Shown piece after piece: positions 14,496 to 27,400 of a stretch of DNA of 64,000 nt. Made by a program: the position numbers and the translations under genes. Source of the DNA: Blastocystis sp. ATCC 50177/Nand II (Eukaryota); the NCBI GenBank assembly GCA_039096935.1, contig JBBPEE010000035.1, forward strand, positions 248,001-312,000, given 5' to 3'. Positions within the stretch are counted from its first letter, which is position 1, and every line of letters begins with the position of its first letter. The notes below the pieces were generated by a model. The model ran no database searches and was not told the DNA's origin. It saw only the letters and a list, made by a program, of their open reading frames with translations.

Positions 14496-17400
14496 ATGCT
14501 TGCCAAATTCGAGACGAAGAGCAGCCGTGTGAAGGGAATCTCTTTCCACCCCACACGCCCCTGGATCCTTTGCTCCTTGCATGACGGACAAATCCAGCTG
14601 TGGGACTACCGGACAAAGACGCTGTTGGAAACGTTCACCGAGCACGACGGTCCCGTGCGCAGTGTTGATTTCCACCCGTCGCAGCCTCTGTTCGTTTCTG
14701 GCGGCGACGACTACAAGATTCGCGTCTGGAACTACAACAACAAGCGCTCCCTGTTTACGCTGATGGGCCACCTCGACTATATCCGCACTGTGCAGTTCCA
14801 TCCCGAGAATCCCTGGATTGTGAGCTGCTCTGACGACCAGAACATCCGCATCTGGAACTGGCAGAGCCGCGAGTGCATTGCGGTGCTCACGGGACACAAC
14901 CACTACGTCATGTCGGCGCAGTTCCATCCGAAGGAGGATCTCGTGGTGAGCGCTTCGCTCGACCAAACGATCCGCGTCTGGGACATCTCGGGTCTGAAGC
15001 AGAAGGGGAAGAAGATGCCCGGCAAGGCGCCCGGCTCTTCCAGCATGATCAGCCGTCTCGGCACGGACCTTGTGGGAACGGTGAAGTACGTGCTGGAGGG
15101 CCACGAGCGCGGCGTGAATTGGGCTTCTTTCCACCCGGAGCTGCCGCTGATCGTCTCCGGCTCTGACGATCGCATGATCAAGATCTGGCGCACGAACGAC
15201 ACGAAGGCGTGGGAGGTGGACACGCTGCGCGGCCACACGAACAACGTGAGCTGTGTGATGTTCCACCCGCGCGAGGACCTGATTCTGAGCGACAGCGAGG
15301 ACCACAGCATCCGCGTGTGGGACAGCACCAAGCGCGTCGGCATCCAGTCCTTCGTGCGCGCGCACGACCGCTTCTGGATCATCACGGCGCACAAGACGCA
15401 GAACCTGATCGCGGCGGGCCACGACACGGGCGCGGTGGTGTTCAAGCTGCGGCGCGAGCGCACGCCCTTCGCCGTGTTCAAGAGCTACTGCTTCTATGTG
15501 AAGGACCGGTACTACCGCATCCGCGAGCTGGAGGGCGAGCAGCGCGACATCGTGATGATGCCCATCACGCGCGGGCCTGCTGCCAGCAACAACGCAGCGC
15601 GGTCGCTGCAGCTGAACGCCTACAGCGCGAACGAGTTCGTGCTGCTGATGCACAACGAGGAGGACGGCGGCAGCTACGAGCTGGTGACCTGCTCGCAGCG
15701 CGTGGTGGCCGAGAAGACCACGCCGGAGCTCAAGAGCGGCGCCGCGCTAAGCGTCTGCTTCGTGTCGCGCACCAAGTTCGCCACGCTGGAGGGCAAGGAC
15801 TCGCTCTTCCTCCGCAACATGGACAACATCGTCGTTTCCCACTCTCTCGCTCACTCGTAGGTCACCAAGCGCGTGACGCTGCCCGTCGCCTCCTGCCGGC
15901 GCGTCTTCCCCGGCGGCGTGAGCGGGCGCGTGCTGCTGTCCTGCGACGACCAGCTGGCGCTGTTCGACACGACCTCGCTGCAGCTGGTGGCCAGCATCGC
16001 CATCCCCGCGGTGAAGCGCGTGAGCTGGAGCCCCGACAACAGCATGGTGGCGGTGTGCGACGGGAGCACGGTGCGCCTGCTGAGCAAGGAGCTCGCGCAG
16101 CTGTGCGCCGTGACGGAGAAGATGCGCGTGAAGAGTTGCGTGTGGGACGAGCACGGCGTGCTGCTGTACTCGACGCTGTCGCAGATCAAGTACTGCCTGC
16201 CCTCCGGCGAGTGCGGCATCGTGCGCAGTCTGGACGAGCCCGTGTACATGGCTGCCTACCGCAAGGGCAGCGTGTTCGCCTTCACGCGCGACGCGGTGGT
16301 GGTGCAGATCGAGGTGGACCCGACGGAGTACCTGTTCAAGGTGGTTGTGAAGCGGTGGTGTGAGGCGTAGTACCATCTGGAGAAGAAGCACTACCGCGAG
16401 GCGATTCGCATCATCCGCACCTCCAAGATCGACTCGCACTCCATCATCTCCTACCTACAGAAGAACGGCTTCGAGGACATCGCGCTGTACTTCGTCACCG
16501 AGCCGCGCGCGCGCTTCAACCTGGCCATCCGCTGCGGCAATCTGGAGGTGGGCGCAACCACGCGAGGTGAGGGGTAGAGCGCCATCGAGTGTGCGACGCA
16601 GCTGAACGAGCCGGCCATCTGGAACCAGCTGGCGGAGGAGGCGCTGCGCCAGGGCAACCGCAGCGTGGTGGAGACGTGCTACCAGCGCACGAAGAGCCTG
16701 GGCAAGCTGTCCTTCCTGTACACGATCACGGGCAACCTGGAGAAGCTGCGCAAGATGCTGCAGATCACGGAGAAGTGCGGCGACGTGATGGGCCGCTTCT
16801 GCAACGCGCTGTACCTGAACGACGTGGAGGCACGCATCAGCGTGCTGCTCGACGCGGGACAGCTCTCGCTCGCGTATGTCACCGCCAAGACCTACGGCTG
16901 CGAGGAGGTGGCCGCGCGCATCGCCGGCAAGCTGGAGGAGGCGGGCATCCCGCTGCCCGCGGTGGAGCCGCCCGCGGAGCTGCTGACGCCACCCGCGCCT
17001 GCGAACGAGGAGTCCGAGTGGCCGATGCTGGAGATGCCCCGCTCGGCGTTCGACCGCGTGATGGAGGAGGAGGCGCGCGGCGAGCCGGAGCCCGACGCGG
17101 CGGAGGAGCTGGCGGCGGAGTTCCAGAGCGTGGAGGACGTGGCGGAGAAGGAGGAGGCGTGGGCGGAGGAGGACCTGGCGCTGAGCGACGACGAGCCGGG
17201 CGGTTGGGGCGACGACCTCGAGCTGAGCGACGACGAGCCCGCGAAGGCCTCGCTGGTGGAGGCGGCGGTGCCGCAGCCCGGGCGCGACGCGGCGTCCTGC
17301 TGGTGTGCGAACTCCTCGCTGGCGTACGACCACGCCGCCTCGGGCGACGCGGACTCCACGCTGCAGCTGCTCAACCGCCAGCTGGGCGTGGTGCGCTTCG

Positions 17401-18203
17401 CAGCGCTGGAGCCCGTGCTGCGCTCCTGCTACTGCAGCGTGCAGGCCGCCACGGCGGGCTTCCCCGGCATGCCCGCGCTGGTCACGCCGCTGCAGCGACG
17501 CACGGGCGCGGCGTCGCTGCCGATGACGGTGTACCACGTGCAGCACGCGGCGCAGCTGGCGAAGCTGGGCCTGAAGTGTTTCCAGTCGGGCCGCTTCGAG
17601 GACGCGCTGAGCGCCTTCCGGTCGTTCTACCTGATCCTGCCGGTGATCGTGGCGGCGAGCAAGGAGGAGGAGCTGGCGCTGCGCCAGTTCGCCGACATGG
17701 CGCGCGAGTACATCGAGGCGGTGCTGTTGGAGCTGGCACGCCGCCAGGAGGCGCAGCCCGCGCGCAACCTGTGCCTGGCGTACTACATGACGCAGTGCCG
17801 CCTGCAGACGGCGCACCTGCTGCTGGCGCTGAACAGCGCGATGGTGGCGGCCTTTAAGGCGGAGAACTTCATCGACGCGGCGGTGTTCGCCAGACGCATC
17901 CTCGCCAGCCCCGACATCAAGTCGCCGCGCAATGCCGCGCTGGAGCAGAAGACGCGCAAGGTGCTGGCGAAGAGCGAGCGCGAGGGCCGCAACGCGCTGG
18001 ACACGGGCTACGACGACCAGAAGCCGTTCGCGCTGGACTGCGTGGCGCTGACGCCCGTCTTCCGCGGCGAGGAGGTGCTCAAGTGCCCGCTGTGCGGCGC
18101 GACGTACCGTGCGGAGAGCAAGAACAAGGTGTGCTGCGTGTGCGAGCTGGCGCAGATCGGCGTCGACACGGTGGGACTGGTGTGTCTGGATGTGCAGAAG
18201 TAG
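14496..18203 (+). CDS. COPA: Coatomer subunit alpha
   Basis: [21 protein letters not shown]40 start; [19 protein letters not shown]-terminal CPLCGA...[10 protein letters not shown]. Confidence 0.96.
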
Positions 18204-18341
18204 TGCGTAGTGGGGTGTTTGTGAACAAAGTGAAGAGAGCATTGGGATTGCTTTGAGCGAATACAGTGAGGATAGCATTTTGAGCAAACATAACACAGTA
18301 AAAGAACAAAGAATCACGACTGGAGACGGCCGGTCAAGGTG

Positions 18342-18760
18342 CTAATCGTAACAACCGCTCACTATGCGCACGTTCTCTCCTCCATCTCGTCCTCGTCCTC
18401 GCTGTCAAGCATCTCCTCGAAATGCTTGAGAATCTCGAGGAAATCCTTGGAAACGTAGGAAAACATGTACAGTGCGCCGATCTGGATCCGCTTCATCTTG
18501 GCATTACGTCAAATAGTAAAAAACTCACCTCGATGCAGCGCATTCGGTTCAACGTCGAACGGATCATCTTCGAATCCATCTGCGCAGTCAGCTTCGCTCC
18601 CCGAAGCGTCTGGTACATCATCTCGTCAGCTTTCCACATCCTGGGAACGGCCTTGGGGATGTTCATGCTGCAGGTGAGCCACCGCGCCAAAAGAATACCG
18701 CTGGAAGCGCACCCCTCTAGCAAACTGGCGCCCAAATCCGGAGAACGCTCGGGCAGACAT
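18342..18760 (-). CDS. Small hypothetical protein with a mitochondrial-presequence-like N-terminus
   Basis: MSARAFSGFGRQFARGVRFQR joined via 31- and 32-nt introns to an acidic C-terminus; 3' end uncertain. Confidence 0.45.
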
Positions 18761-18856
18761 CCGTGGTTTCCTAAAAAAGAGCTGAGAAGTGTCGGTTTGA
18801 GAGTGAAACGCCCACTTGAAAAGACGGGGCATTCTCACGTATTCCACTGAAAGGAA

Positions 18857-19919
18857 ATGGCTTCTGCCTTTGATCATCACAACCAGGTGCGTCTCGAAGT
18901 GCTGGAGTCATGAATAGGACGCCACTGTGTATGTTGGAGGTCTTGACGAAAGAGTGGACGAAGAACTGCTCTGGGAACTGTTTTTGCAGGTATAGAACGA
19001 AGGTGAGGGCTGATTAGTAGTTTGGCCCCGTGGTGTCTGTGTCTATGCCTAAGGACAAAGTGACAAACACGCATCAGGTAGGATGAGTGAGACATGTCAT
19101 AACGGAACAGGGATTTGGATTTGTTGAGTTCCAGAGCGAGATCGACGCGGAGTATGCCGTTCGAGTATGCGGCAACATCACATTATATGGAAAGAAAATC
19201 AAAGTGAATAAATCGAATATGGACAAGCGAACGCTTGATGTGGGCGCAAACCTGTTCATCGGCAACCTTGCTCCCGAGGTCGACGAGGATATGCTCAAGA
19301 CGACGTTTATTGCCTTTGGCCAGCTGGCCTGCGAGCCCAAGGTGCTCCCGTCTTACATTCCGTTATGAATAGATTGCTCGCGATCCCGAGACGAACATCA
19401 GCAAGGGCTACGGCTTCGTGAATTACACAACCTTCGAGGCTTCCGACTACGCGATCGAGAGCATGAATGGCCAGGTGGTGGCGGGAAGCGTCCATGACCC
19501 TCTAGTACTTCTGCAACCGTCCCATTGTGGTGCAGTACGCCTTCAAGAAGGAGGGTCGCGGCGAGCGTCACGGATCGGCAGCGGAGCGTCTTCTCGCTGG
19601 AAGCAATCCCGACAGAGCGCGCATCAACGCCATGATGACTTCTCTGGCGGCGCAGCAGCAACAGCAGCAGGCGGCCAATCCGGAGATGAGCGCGATGATG
19701 CAGCCGATGTTGCAGCCTGGCATGATGCAACCCGGCATGATGCAACCTGGCATGATGCAACCAGGCATGATGCAACCCGGAATGATGCAACCAGGCATGA
19801 TGCAACCAGGCATGATGCAACCCGGAATGATGCAACCAGGCATGATGCAACCCGGAATGATGCAACCCGGAATGATGCAACCTGGAATGATGCAACCTGG
19901 CATGATGCCTCAGCAATAA
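18857..19919 (+). CDS. SF3B4: Splicing factor 3B subunit 4 (two RRMs) with MMQPG-repeat tail
   Basis: [53 protein letters not shown]. Confidence 0.95.
19722..19901 (+). repeat. Coding minisatellite, 12 x 15 bp (ATGATGCAACCNGGM; MMQPG)
   Basis: Direct reading; units differ only at synonymous positions. Confidence 0.95.
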
Positions 19920-19950
19920 TCATGTTCACTTGTTTTGCTCCAAACACACC

Positions 19951-22382
19951 AAACTATCAAGCAACTACAGCGCTCCTCTTTGGTAACTAAGAAGGCGCGA
20001 CACAATGTCTGAATCTGCTGTGAAGACGAGTAGAGCAGACGAATGCTCAAAACGTCGTTTCGGACGGTCTCGGCGAATTCCCGCTCGTCGGCTAACGATG
20101 ACTCAACACCATGCTGCCATTACGATTCTGTGTAATGCGGTCGTTCAGGGACCTCAGTAACTCCACAACAATACTACTATCCTTCTGGAAAATCTGAAAA
20201 CCCGCGTGGTACGCGGAGTACGAGATGCACGGCTCGTCTATCCCTAATGCGCCTCTCTAGCGACATACAGTTCAGCAGGATTCGGATAATGCTCAGCGTT
20301 TTGTTCCGCACATTGAAGCTGCCAGTCGAGTCGTTGATCTGGATCAATGCCTCGATTCCGCGATTATCGTAAAAGGCTCTTGCAGAATGCTCTATTCATC
20401 ACACCACGAACAGAGCCACACCGTCCTGCACCAGCGCGCAGATAAGCTGCAGAAACACGACTCGCTTATCCACCGATGCGGCTTTCGTCGTTTTCAGGTT
20501 GTTCACAATGACATCAAAGCCAATCGCGTTGATGATCGACTGACTCGCGTGCACATCTATGGATGAAACGCTCCGTCAATCTCCACTCTCCGTGATAATG
20601 TCGATCAAAACGCCAACACACATGTCAAAAACAGGAGAATTGATAAAACCTAATGCAATGCGCCCCAAATGCGAAGGGAACGAGCTGTTCGACAGATCCA
20701 TCACGAATTGCGCTAGGCATCAGACCCCGCCGCCGAACAAACAGCCAAACAATTGCTTCTGATTGAAATAGCTGTCCGCCATGACCTTGCAGCTCTTCTC
20801 GTCCGTGATCTCATCCGCCTCCTTTCCCAGAATGCGAATCGACAGAAGAATTCGGTCCTTGAAGAAGCCCGGCTGAAGCAGCTCGTCCGACGGCATGTCG
20901 TCCAATGCTGGCAAATTGAAGCTGATCTCTTTCCCAATTTGTGTGTTATCGCTCAGGACATCCATAAACGGGAGTCGCTGCGAAACGCAGAAAGATGACT
21001 GGAATCGCAATCCGTGCGGCGATCGGATCGTCATCGTGCTGCGATACTCTGGACACATCTCTGCGAGCTTCTTGAGACTCGCGCTCTCAACTCCGGTGGA
21101 ATTGCCAATCTCGCCTCGCGAACACCGCAGCGTCAAGTGCGAAGGAGAAACGGCGTGCTGAAGCCCCGCATGGCCCATCGACACAATACTTCTCGAACTC
21201 AGCGGCGATTGCCCATCAGCCATCTCCTTCTCCGCTCCACTCTTCCCACTCCCCTGTCCGAGCTGTGTCTCTGGCACCGCCTGCTGCGAGGCGGCCAGCT
21301 GCGACAGGCTGTGCAGGCGCGCCAGGCTGTCGGAGGCCAGACGAGGCATCTCCACCACGGGCGGACGGTTCGACGACTGCGTCTCCGACGGCCGCTCCGA
21401 CGGCCGGCTGGGCAGCACCCCGCACTCCTTCTCCAGCAGGTGCAGCCCCGCCTGCAGCGGCCGCGTGCTTCCCGCGGTTCTTCCTCTGCTCTCCGATATG
21501 TCGTTCCCGCCACTACTAGCAGTGCCAGCATTGCCACCATTCCCGCGGGGACTGCCGTGGCGGGAGTGGCGGGCGGGCAGCGCGGGCGCGCGGTAACCGA
21601 ACAGCCCGGGCGTGCGCAGCGGCGTGATGTGATCCTTCCAATCGGCGGGCAGCGGGACGGGAGAGAGGACGGCGGCCTGACCGGTGAGGTAGTCGCTGGG
21701 AAGTGTGATGGGCTGGTAGAGGTGGAGCGAGTGCTGGGTGGAGATGAGCTGGAGATTGTTGTAGGTGGTGGCATTCGGGATGGAGTAGCGACATGGATGC
21801 ATGTAGGTGTTGGCAGGCTCGTCGTCCTGGTGGTTAGGGAGGAAAACAAGAGCTACGTCGCTTTCTCCATCGGACTCCTCGAAATCCTCTGGAGGAGTAA
21901 GCGATCCGAGCTTGTAGAAGAAGACGGACTTCAAGTCATCCAGATCCGAGAGCCTCGTATTCCCGAAGGCGATTTCCTCCACATGATAATCGATTGCTTC
22001 CAAAATTGCCTTATCGTGAAGAGACTACGGAAACGCTACGTTCTTAATCTCTCCGATGGTAATAAAGTTCGGGACACGCAAGGTGACGGAGTCTTCGCCG
22101 CAGTGCGCGGAAACATACACGATGCTGTACGGCGTCATGATGTCAACAACAGTCTCATTCTTGGAACAGTCTAGGATGGACTGGGGCGTAGTTTCCAATT
22201 CCTTTCCATCCACATAGAATCGGTAATCTCCTGTGGCTAGATCGCACTCAGACTACAATGATCACCCATTTTCAGAACCCTACGTGTAGATAGTCCTGGA
22301 CGCTTTTCACAGGATCGGACGCCGCCAGAGGGATCGCTATGGGCAGCACATCGACGGAATGAAGGCGCACATGGAGCTCCAT
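19951..22382 (-). CDS. Hypothetical multi-exon protein, possibly with a ubiquitin-like N-terminus; predicted C-terminal CaaX (CLIV)
   Basis: Starts [18 protein letters not shown]; ORFs 22025-22213 and 20720-22003; last exon ...[10 protein letters not shown] + T + GGTG + TGTTTGGA. Confidence 0.55.
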
Positions 22383-22442
22383 CCCACACAATTGTTAAGT
22401 GTCGATGCAACAAACACGCTCCATACTATACAAAAAACCCAA

Positions 22443-23221
22443 TTACCACTGGGACTCAACGGCGGGCTGCTCCCAACCCTCCTCCGTCGGAGCAGCCTCA
22501 CCCTCAGCGGGAGCAGCGGCAGCCTCAGCAGCCTCCGCAGCAGCCTTCTGGGACTCCTCGATCTCCTTCGGATCGCGGGCGAAGAACAGATCCACGCAAG
22601 CCTCCCACTCACTGTCGCGGCTCACAATACCGCGGATGCGCAGCACCTCACGAGCCAGGAACCACATCATCAGACCAATCGACAGCTTGCCCTTCGTGTT
22701 GCAGGGAATCGCGCAGTCCACGTACTCCAGAGGAGAGTCCGTGTCGCAGAACGCGATCGTGGGGATGTTCACGCAAGCGGCCTCGTAGATGGCCTGCTTG
22801 TCGAAGGAAGGATCCGTCACAATCAGCAGACGAGGCTCACGGAACTGCTTCGTGATCTGGTTGGTGAAGGTACCGGGCGTGTAGCGGCCGGAGATGGTCT
22901 GGCAGCCCGTGTACTTGCAGAACTTCAGCACGGCGCGCTGAGAGTTGTCGCGAGCACCGATCACAATGATGTCCTGAGGGTTCTCGATGGCAGCAATGAT
23001 ACGAGCAGCCAGCACCAGCTTCTCCCAGGTCTTGGACAGGTTGATGATGTGCACGCCCTCCTTGTTGCGGCGGAAAACGTAGTCGCTCATCATGAAGTTC
23101 AGGTTCTTGGTTCCGTAGTGGATTCTGGCGACCAGCATCTTGCGGACATCATCCTCACTACATTCCGGTAAGGAAAATTCATTATCCACACAACCCCTTA
23201 CGTCGGTTTGTTGAAGGCCAT
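22443..23221 (-). CDS. RPSA: 40S ribosomal protein uS2 (SA)
   Basis: [38 protein letters not shown]; one 44-nt intron at 23158-23201. Confidence 0.96.
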
Positions 23222-23630
23222 CGTGTTGGAACTCAAAGTGGGTCAAGAAAAAGATGAAATCGCACTGGAAATTATTAAACCACTGCACTCCCCTTCGCCA
23301 AGGCGAACAATTGCAATCGGCGAAATAAGACTCTGTTATGCTTATCCGCCGATTCAATCCTTCATTCTTTCTGAGAATTGGAGTGTATGCTTATTACATG
23401 GACTGTGATGAAAGGAGAGAGTTTAAGACCGAATCAGAGAAAACAGGAATTGCTTTGATTGATCACACGGTGAAAATGGATAGCCACCCCATTAAAAAGA
23501 GCATTCCGCTTGTCTATTCCACGAAAGAACTCCACTAGGACGAGAAAAAAGGGAACACGGAATTAGGGCCAATCCCGCTCCAAACCCAATTGTGTTACTC
23601 TGGTTCTACCAATTCAAGAAAAGGCGAACG

Positions 23631-24423
23631 ATGGATTCGAAGGACGCGCCTGCGCAAATTGTGGCGGAATGCGAGGACGAGGAGACGAATTCCATAGGTA
23701 CTGGCGGGAAAAGGGGGAATGATGGGCAGACACACTCATTTCCACTCCTATCGTTGACTACTCCAGCAACGAAGAGAAGCTGGAGATGATGGCGGATGCG
23801 TTCCGGACCATTCTCAGAGTAAGTCCCGTGCAAATCGCGTCACGGCATAGTGCGTTGGGGAGGACCCGGACAGAGAAGGTTTGAAGAAGACGCCGATGCG
23901 CGCCGCCCAGGCGATGCTGTTCTGCTGCCAGGGCTACACCCAGAGCCTGGAGGTTTGCTTCTTTGTGCGGCGTCATTCGCAGGAAGTGATCAACCACGCC
24001 GTTTTCGAAGATGCCTACGATGACATGATTATTGTTAAAGATATTCCCATGTACTCCATGTGCGAGCACCACCTGCTTCCCTTTTACGGGAAGGTTCACA
24101 TCGGCTACATTCCCCGCGGCAAGGTGCTCGGCCTGAGCAAGCTCGCTCGCATCGCGGAGATCTCCTGCCGCCGGTTGCAGCTGCAGGAGCGGATCACGCG
24201 CGAGATCGCCGAGAACATCATGAAGGCGGTGGACTGCGAGGGCGTGGGCGTCGTGGTGGAGGCGGAGTGGGAGCGGGCGAGGGCGTTAACGGTAGACACA
24301 TGTGCATGTGCATGCGTGGCGTTCAGAAGGTGGGTTCGCGCACCGTCACGAGCACTGTACTGGGAACGTTCCGGAGGGATCCTCGCACGAGAGCCGAGTT
24401 TTTCTCCAGCATCAACCACAACT
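23631..24423 (+). CDS. GCH1: GTP cyclohydrolase I; stop probably completed by poly(A)
   Basis: [61 protein letters not shown]. Confidence 0.93.
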
Positions 24424-24459
24424 GGCCTCTTTGTTCAACACACAGACGCATTGTACACA

Positions 24460-27400
24460 TTAGTAAAAGGGACACCACCCGCTGTAGCTCTGGCAGAGGT
24501 TGTAGCGCGAGGTGGCCTGGAGGATCAATCGCCGCACCTGCTCCTCCACGGAGATCTTCTCGTCCTCGTAGAAGTCGTTGCCCGTCAGCTTGTCCCGCAC
24601 GCGCGAGATCACCGCCGCGGCCTTCGCGTTGGTCTGGTTGGAGCTGGCGGACTCGTCGGCGTCCTCTTCCTCGCCCCCCTGCACCGTCTCCAACAGCTTC
24701 CAGTTCATCAGCGGGTCATGCACGAACGCCTCCAGAATGGCCATCAGCGAGTCCTCGTTCTGGCGCATCACGCTCATCACGCTCTCGCACGTGCTGCGGA
24801 AGGTGCCCTCCACGCCGCCCACCTCCATCGCCTTCACCAGCATGCGCGTCAGCCGGAATGGGATGCGTTCGGGGAACTTCTCGCGCTGCATCGTCACCTC
24901 GAAGCAGTCGCCGAAGTCAATGTGGCATACGGTGCCTACGCTCAACGCCCACGCCCACGCCTACCCGACACGCGGTGAATCATGATGTTGCTGGGGTGGC
25001 GGTCGCCCAGCCCCAGGATGTACCCGACCATGCTCATCACCGCCAGCGACCGCGTGTAGTTGATACGACAGTGTAGCCACTTCTCGCTCGACTTGCTGCG
25101 TAGCCACAGTACCGCCTTCAGGTCGTCGCCCACCGTCTCGTCCATCACCGTGTTGAAGATCTCCACACGCTTCACCGCCGTCATCTCCTCGTACATCGGC
25201 GCATACTACATCTCACACGCCCACCACGCGCTTACCTTCTTGATCAGCCCCAGCTCCGCCGAGGTGTCGGCGTGCTTGCACATACGGTACATCTTGATCA
25301 GCGCGTGGATCGTGTCGTGGCGGTCCACCCAACTCACGATGCCGCAGTTGTCGTTCAGCGGCGTCACACTGTACGTCCGCACGAACAGCTCCTGCTTGCA
25401 CGTCTCCGGGTTCGCCACCAGCAGCCGGTTCACCATCGTGAACACCTGCATCACGCGCTCGTCCTACGCCTCACGCGCCCGCGCCGCGCCCACCTGCCGC
25501 AGGTCCTCGTTGCCCTTCAGCAAAAAGTCGTACTTGTTCCCGTCGTTGCCGAAGATCACGATCTTACGCGGGCGCTGCTTGCTCTGAAGCACGTTCAAGA
25601 TGCGATAGAACTGCTTGATGCGAATCTACTGCTCACCACACCCTCTCTGCCCCACGCAGTCGTTCTTCTTCTCGGGCGAGTAGGTGCCCGGTACGGCGAT
25701 CGACAGGTTCTTGATGTTGAGCAGCTTGGGACTCACCGAGTCCAGCTCCAGCTCCGACACCACCTTCACCGACTTCACCATCCGCTTGTGCATCTACGCC
25801 TCACGCGCCCGCGCCGCGCCCACGTCCGACAGGATCTTCCACGCGCTCTCCAGCTCGTTCACGTTGCTCGTGGCAATGTAGCGCAGCAGGTACTCGCGTG
25901 TGTTCTCCATCTGCCGCTCGTACATGCGGTGGAAGTTGTCCTCATTGCGCGTCTAAGCGTCACGCACCCATCGCACACGCACCTCCGACGGCGAGCCGAT
26001 CATGCGGTAGAGATCGTCGAAGATACTCAGCATCTTCTTGATGTTCTTCATCTCGTAGTACTGGCAGGACGCGTCCTCGATGCCGCGCATCCACCGCTCC
26101 GTCCACAGCACCGCCACGCGGATCATCTCGCCACTCACGATGTCCGCCTCCTTCACCAGCATGATGTTGTCGCGACGCAGGTGCGACAACACCTCCAGCG
26201 CCGCCTTCTTGCGCGACTCCGCCGAGGAGCGCGCGCTGCGCGTCAGCGAGTACACCAGCGCCTGCGGGTGCGCCTTGGAGAGCTGCACCAGCAGGTTGAT
26301 GAGCAGCCGTTTGGCCTTGGACTCGTCGATGTGGATGCGCGCCACCAGCTGCGGGATCACGTACAGCCACGTGTCGAGACTGATTATGTTGAACCCGCGG
26401 TTGATTTCGTTGATGACCTCCTCCCGCCCGCCGTAGGTGAACCACAGCGTGATGATGCGCAGAATGTCCTGAAGCACGATGGAGCTGTTGCGGTCCTTCG
26501 ACAGCGAGATGGCGTCAAAGAAGTTCCCGATCGCCTCGCGCAGGTGCTGCGTGATCAGATCGCTGTTCTTCGAGCTCTCCAGCGCCGCGTTGCTGCCCTT
26601 TCTACCAGCAAGGATGGCTTTGCCCGCTTTTCCCGTCATAACGGTCACACCGCCCACACCAGCCGAATCCCCATGCGTGTGGTAGTACTCGGCGCAGGCC
26701 ATGTGCAGCATGGCGATCTCGTGAAAGGCCTTGTGGTCGTCCTTGTTAATGGAGGAGCACTCGCGGATGATCGTCGAGATGTCCTGCACCACCTCGTCCG
26801 TCAGGTTCCGGTGGTTCTCGTCCAGCTCCCAGTGCGCCAGTCGCAGCCGCGTGCGGATCTTGATCTGCACGTTCGCCTCCTCCGGCTCCATCACGCCCGT
26901 GCGCAGCGACGGCATCGACAGCTCCGACCCGCGCAGCTCCGCCATCGGCGGCGCCTCCTTCGTCTCCTCCACCAGCCGCCGCAGCCGCGTGATCGCGTTC
27001 TTCGTGAGGCCCTGATAGTACAAAAACTTGTGGTAGGCGTAGCGCACCTCCGGCGCCGCGCCCAGCTCGTCGTCCATGTTCTCGCCCAGCACCGTGGCAC
27101 CCTTCAGGTTGATGCCCAGCGAGCTGAGCGTGCGCAGCGCCAGCGCCGGGCGGTCCGACTTGCGTGACAGCGAGATGAACTTGAGCCAGTGCTTGCGCGA
27201 GTAGGGCACGCCACTCGCGTCCTTGTCGCCGATCTGCACGAACAGCTTGCGCAGTGACAGCAGGTCGTGCCACACGCTCACGTCGTATTGCACGCCCTCC
27301 AGCCGGCGGTCGAACGTCATGATCAAGTGCGCCATGGACGGCTCGTACAGCGCGCTGTTCTGCTCCTTCAGCCGCTGCAGGCGGCAGATCTCCTCCAGCT

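Noticed and set aside
14307..18317. Long minus-strand ORFs (448 and 620 aa) over COPA
   Set aside because: Shadow frames caused by codon bias.
18285..18344. Poly(A)-made stop for the small 18.3-18.8 kb gene
   Set aside because: Neither nearby motif places an in-frame T/TA/TG at the 4-nt spacing; the genomic TAG is the simpler end.
19722..19901. Tandem repeats as a possible CRISPR array or telomere
   Set aside because: No spacers; in-frame coding minisatellite in a eukaryotic gene.
23881..25076. Extended GCH1 ORFs overlapping the TOR 3' end
   Set aside because: Artefact of unspliced introns and the missing genomic stop; the gene probably ends at 24423.
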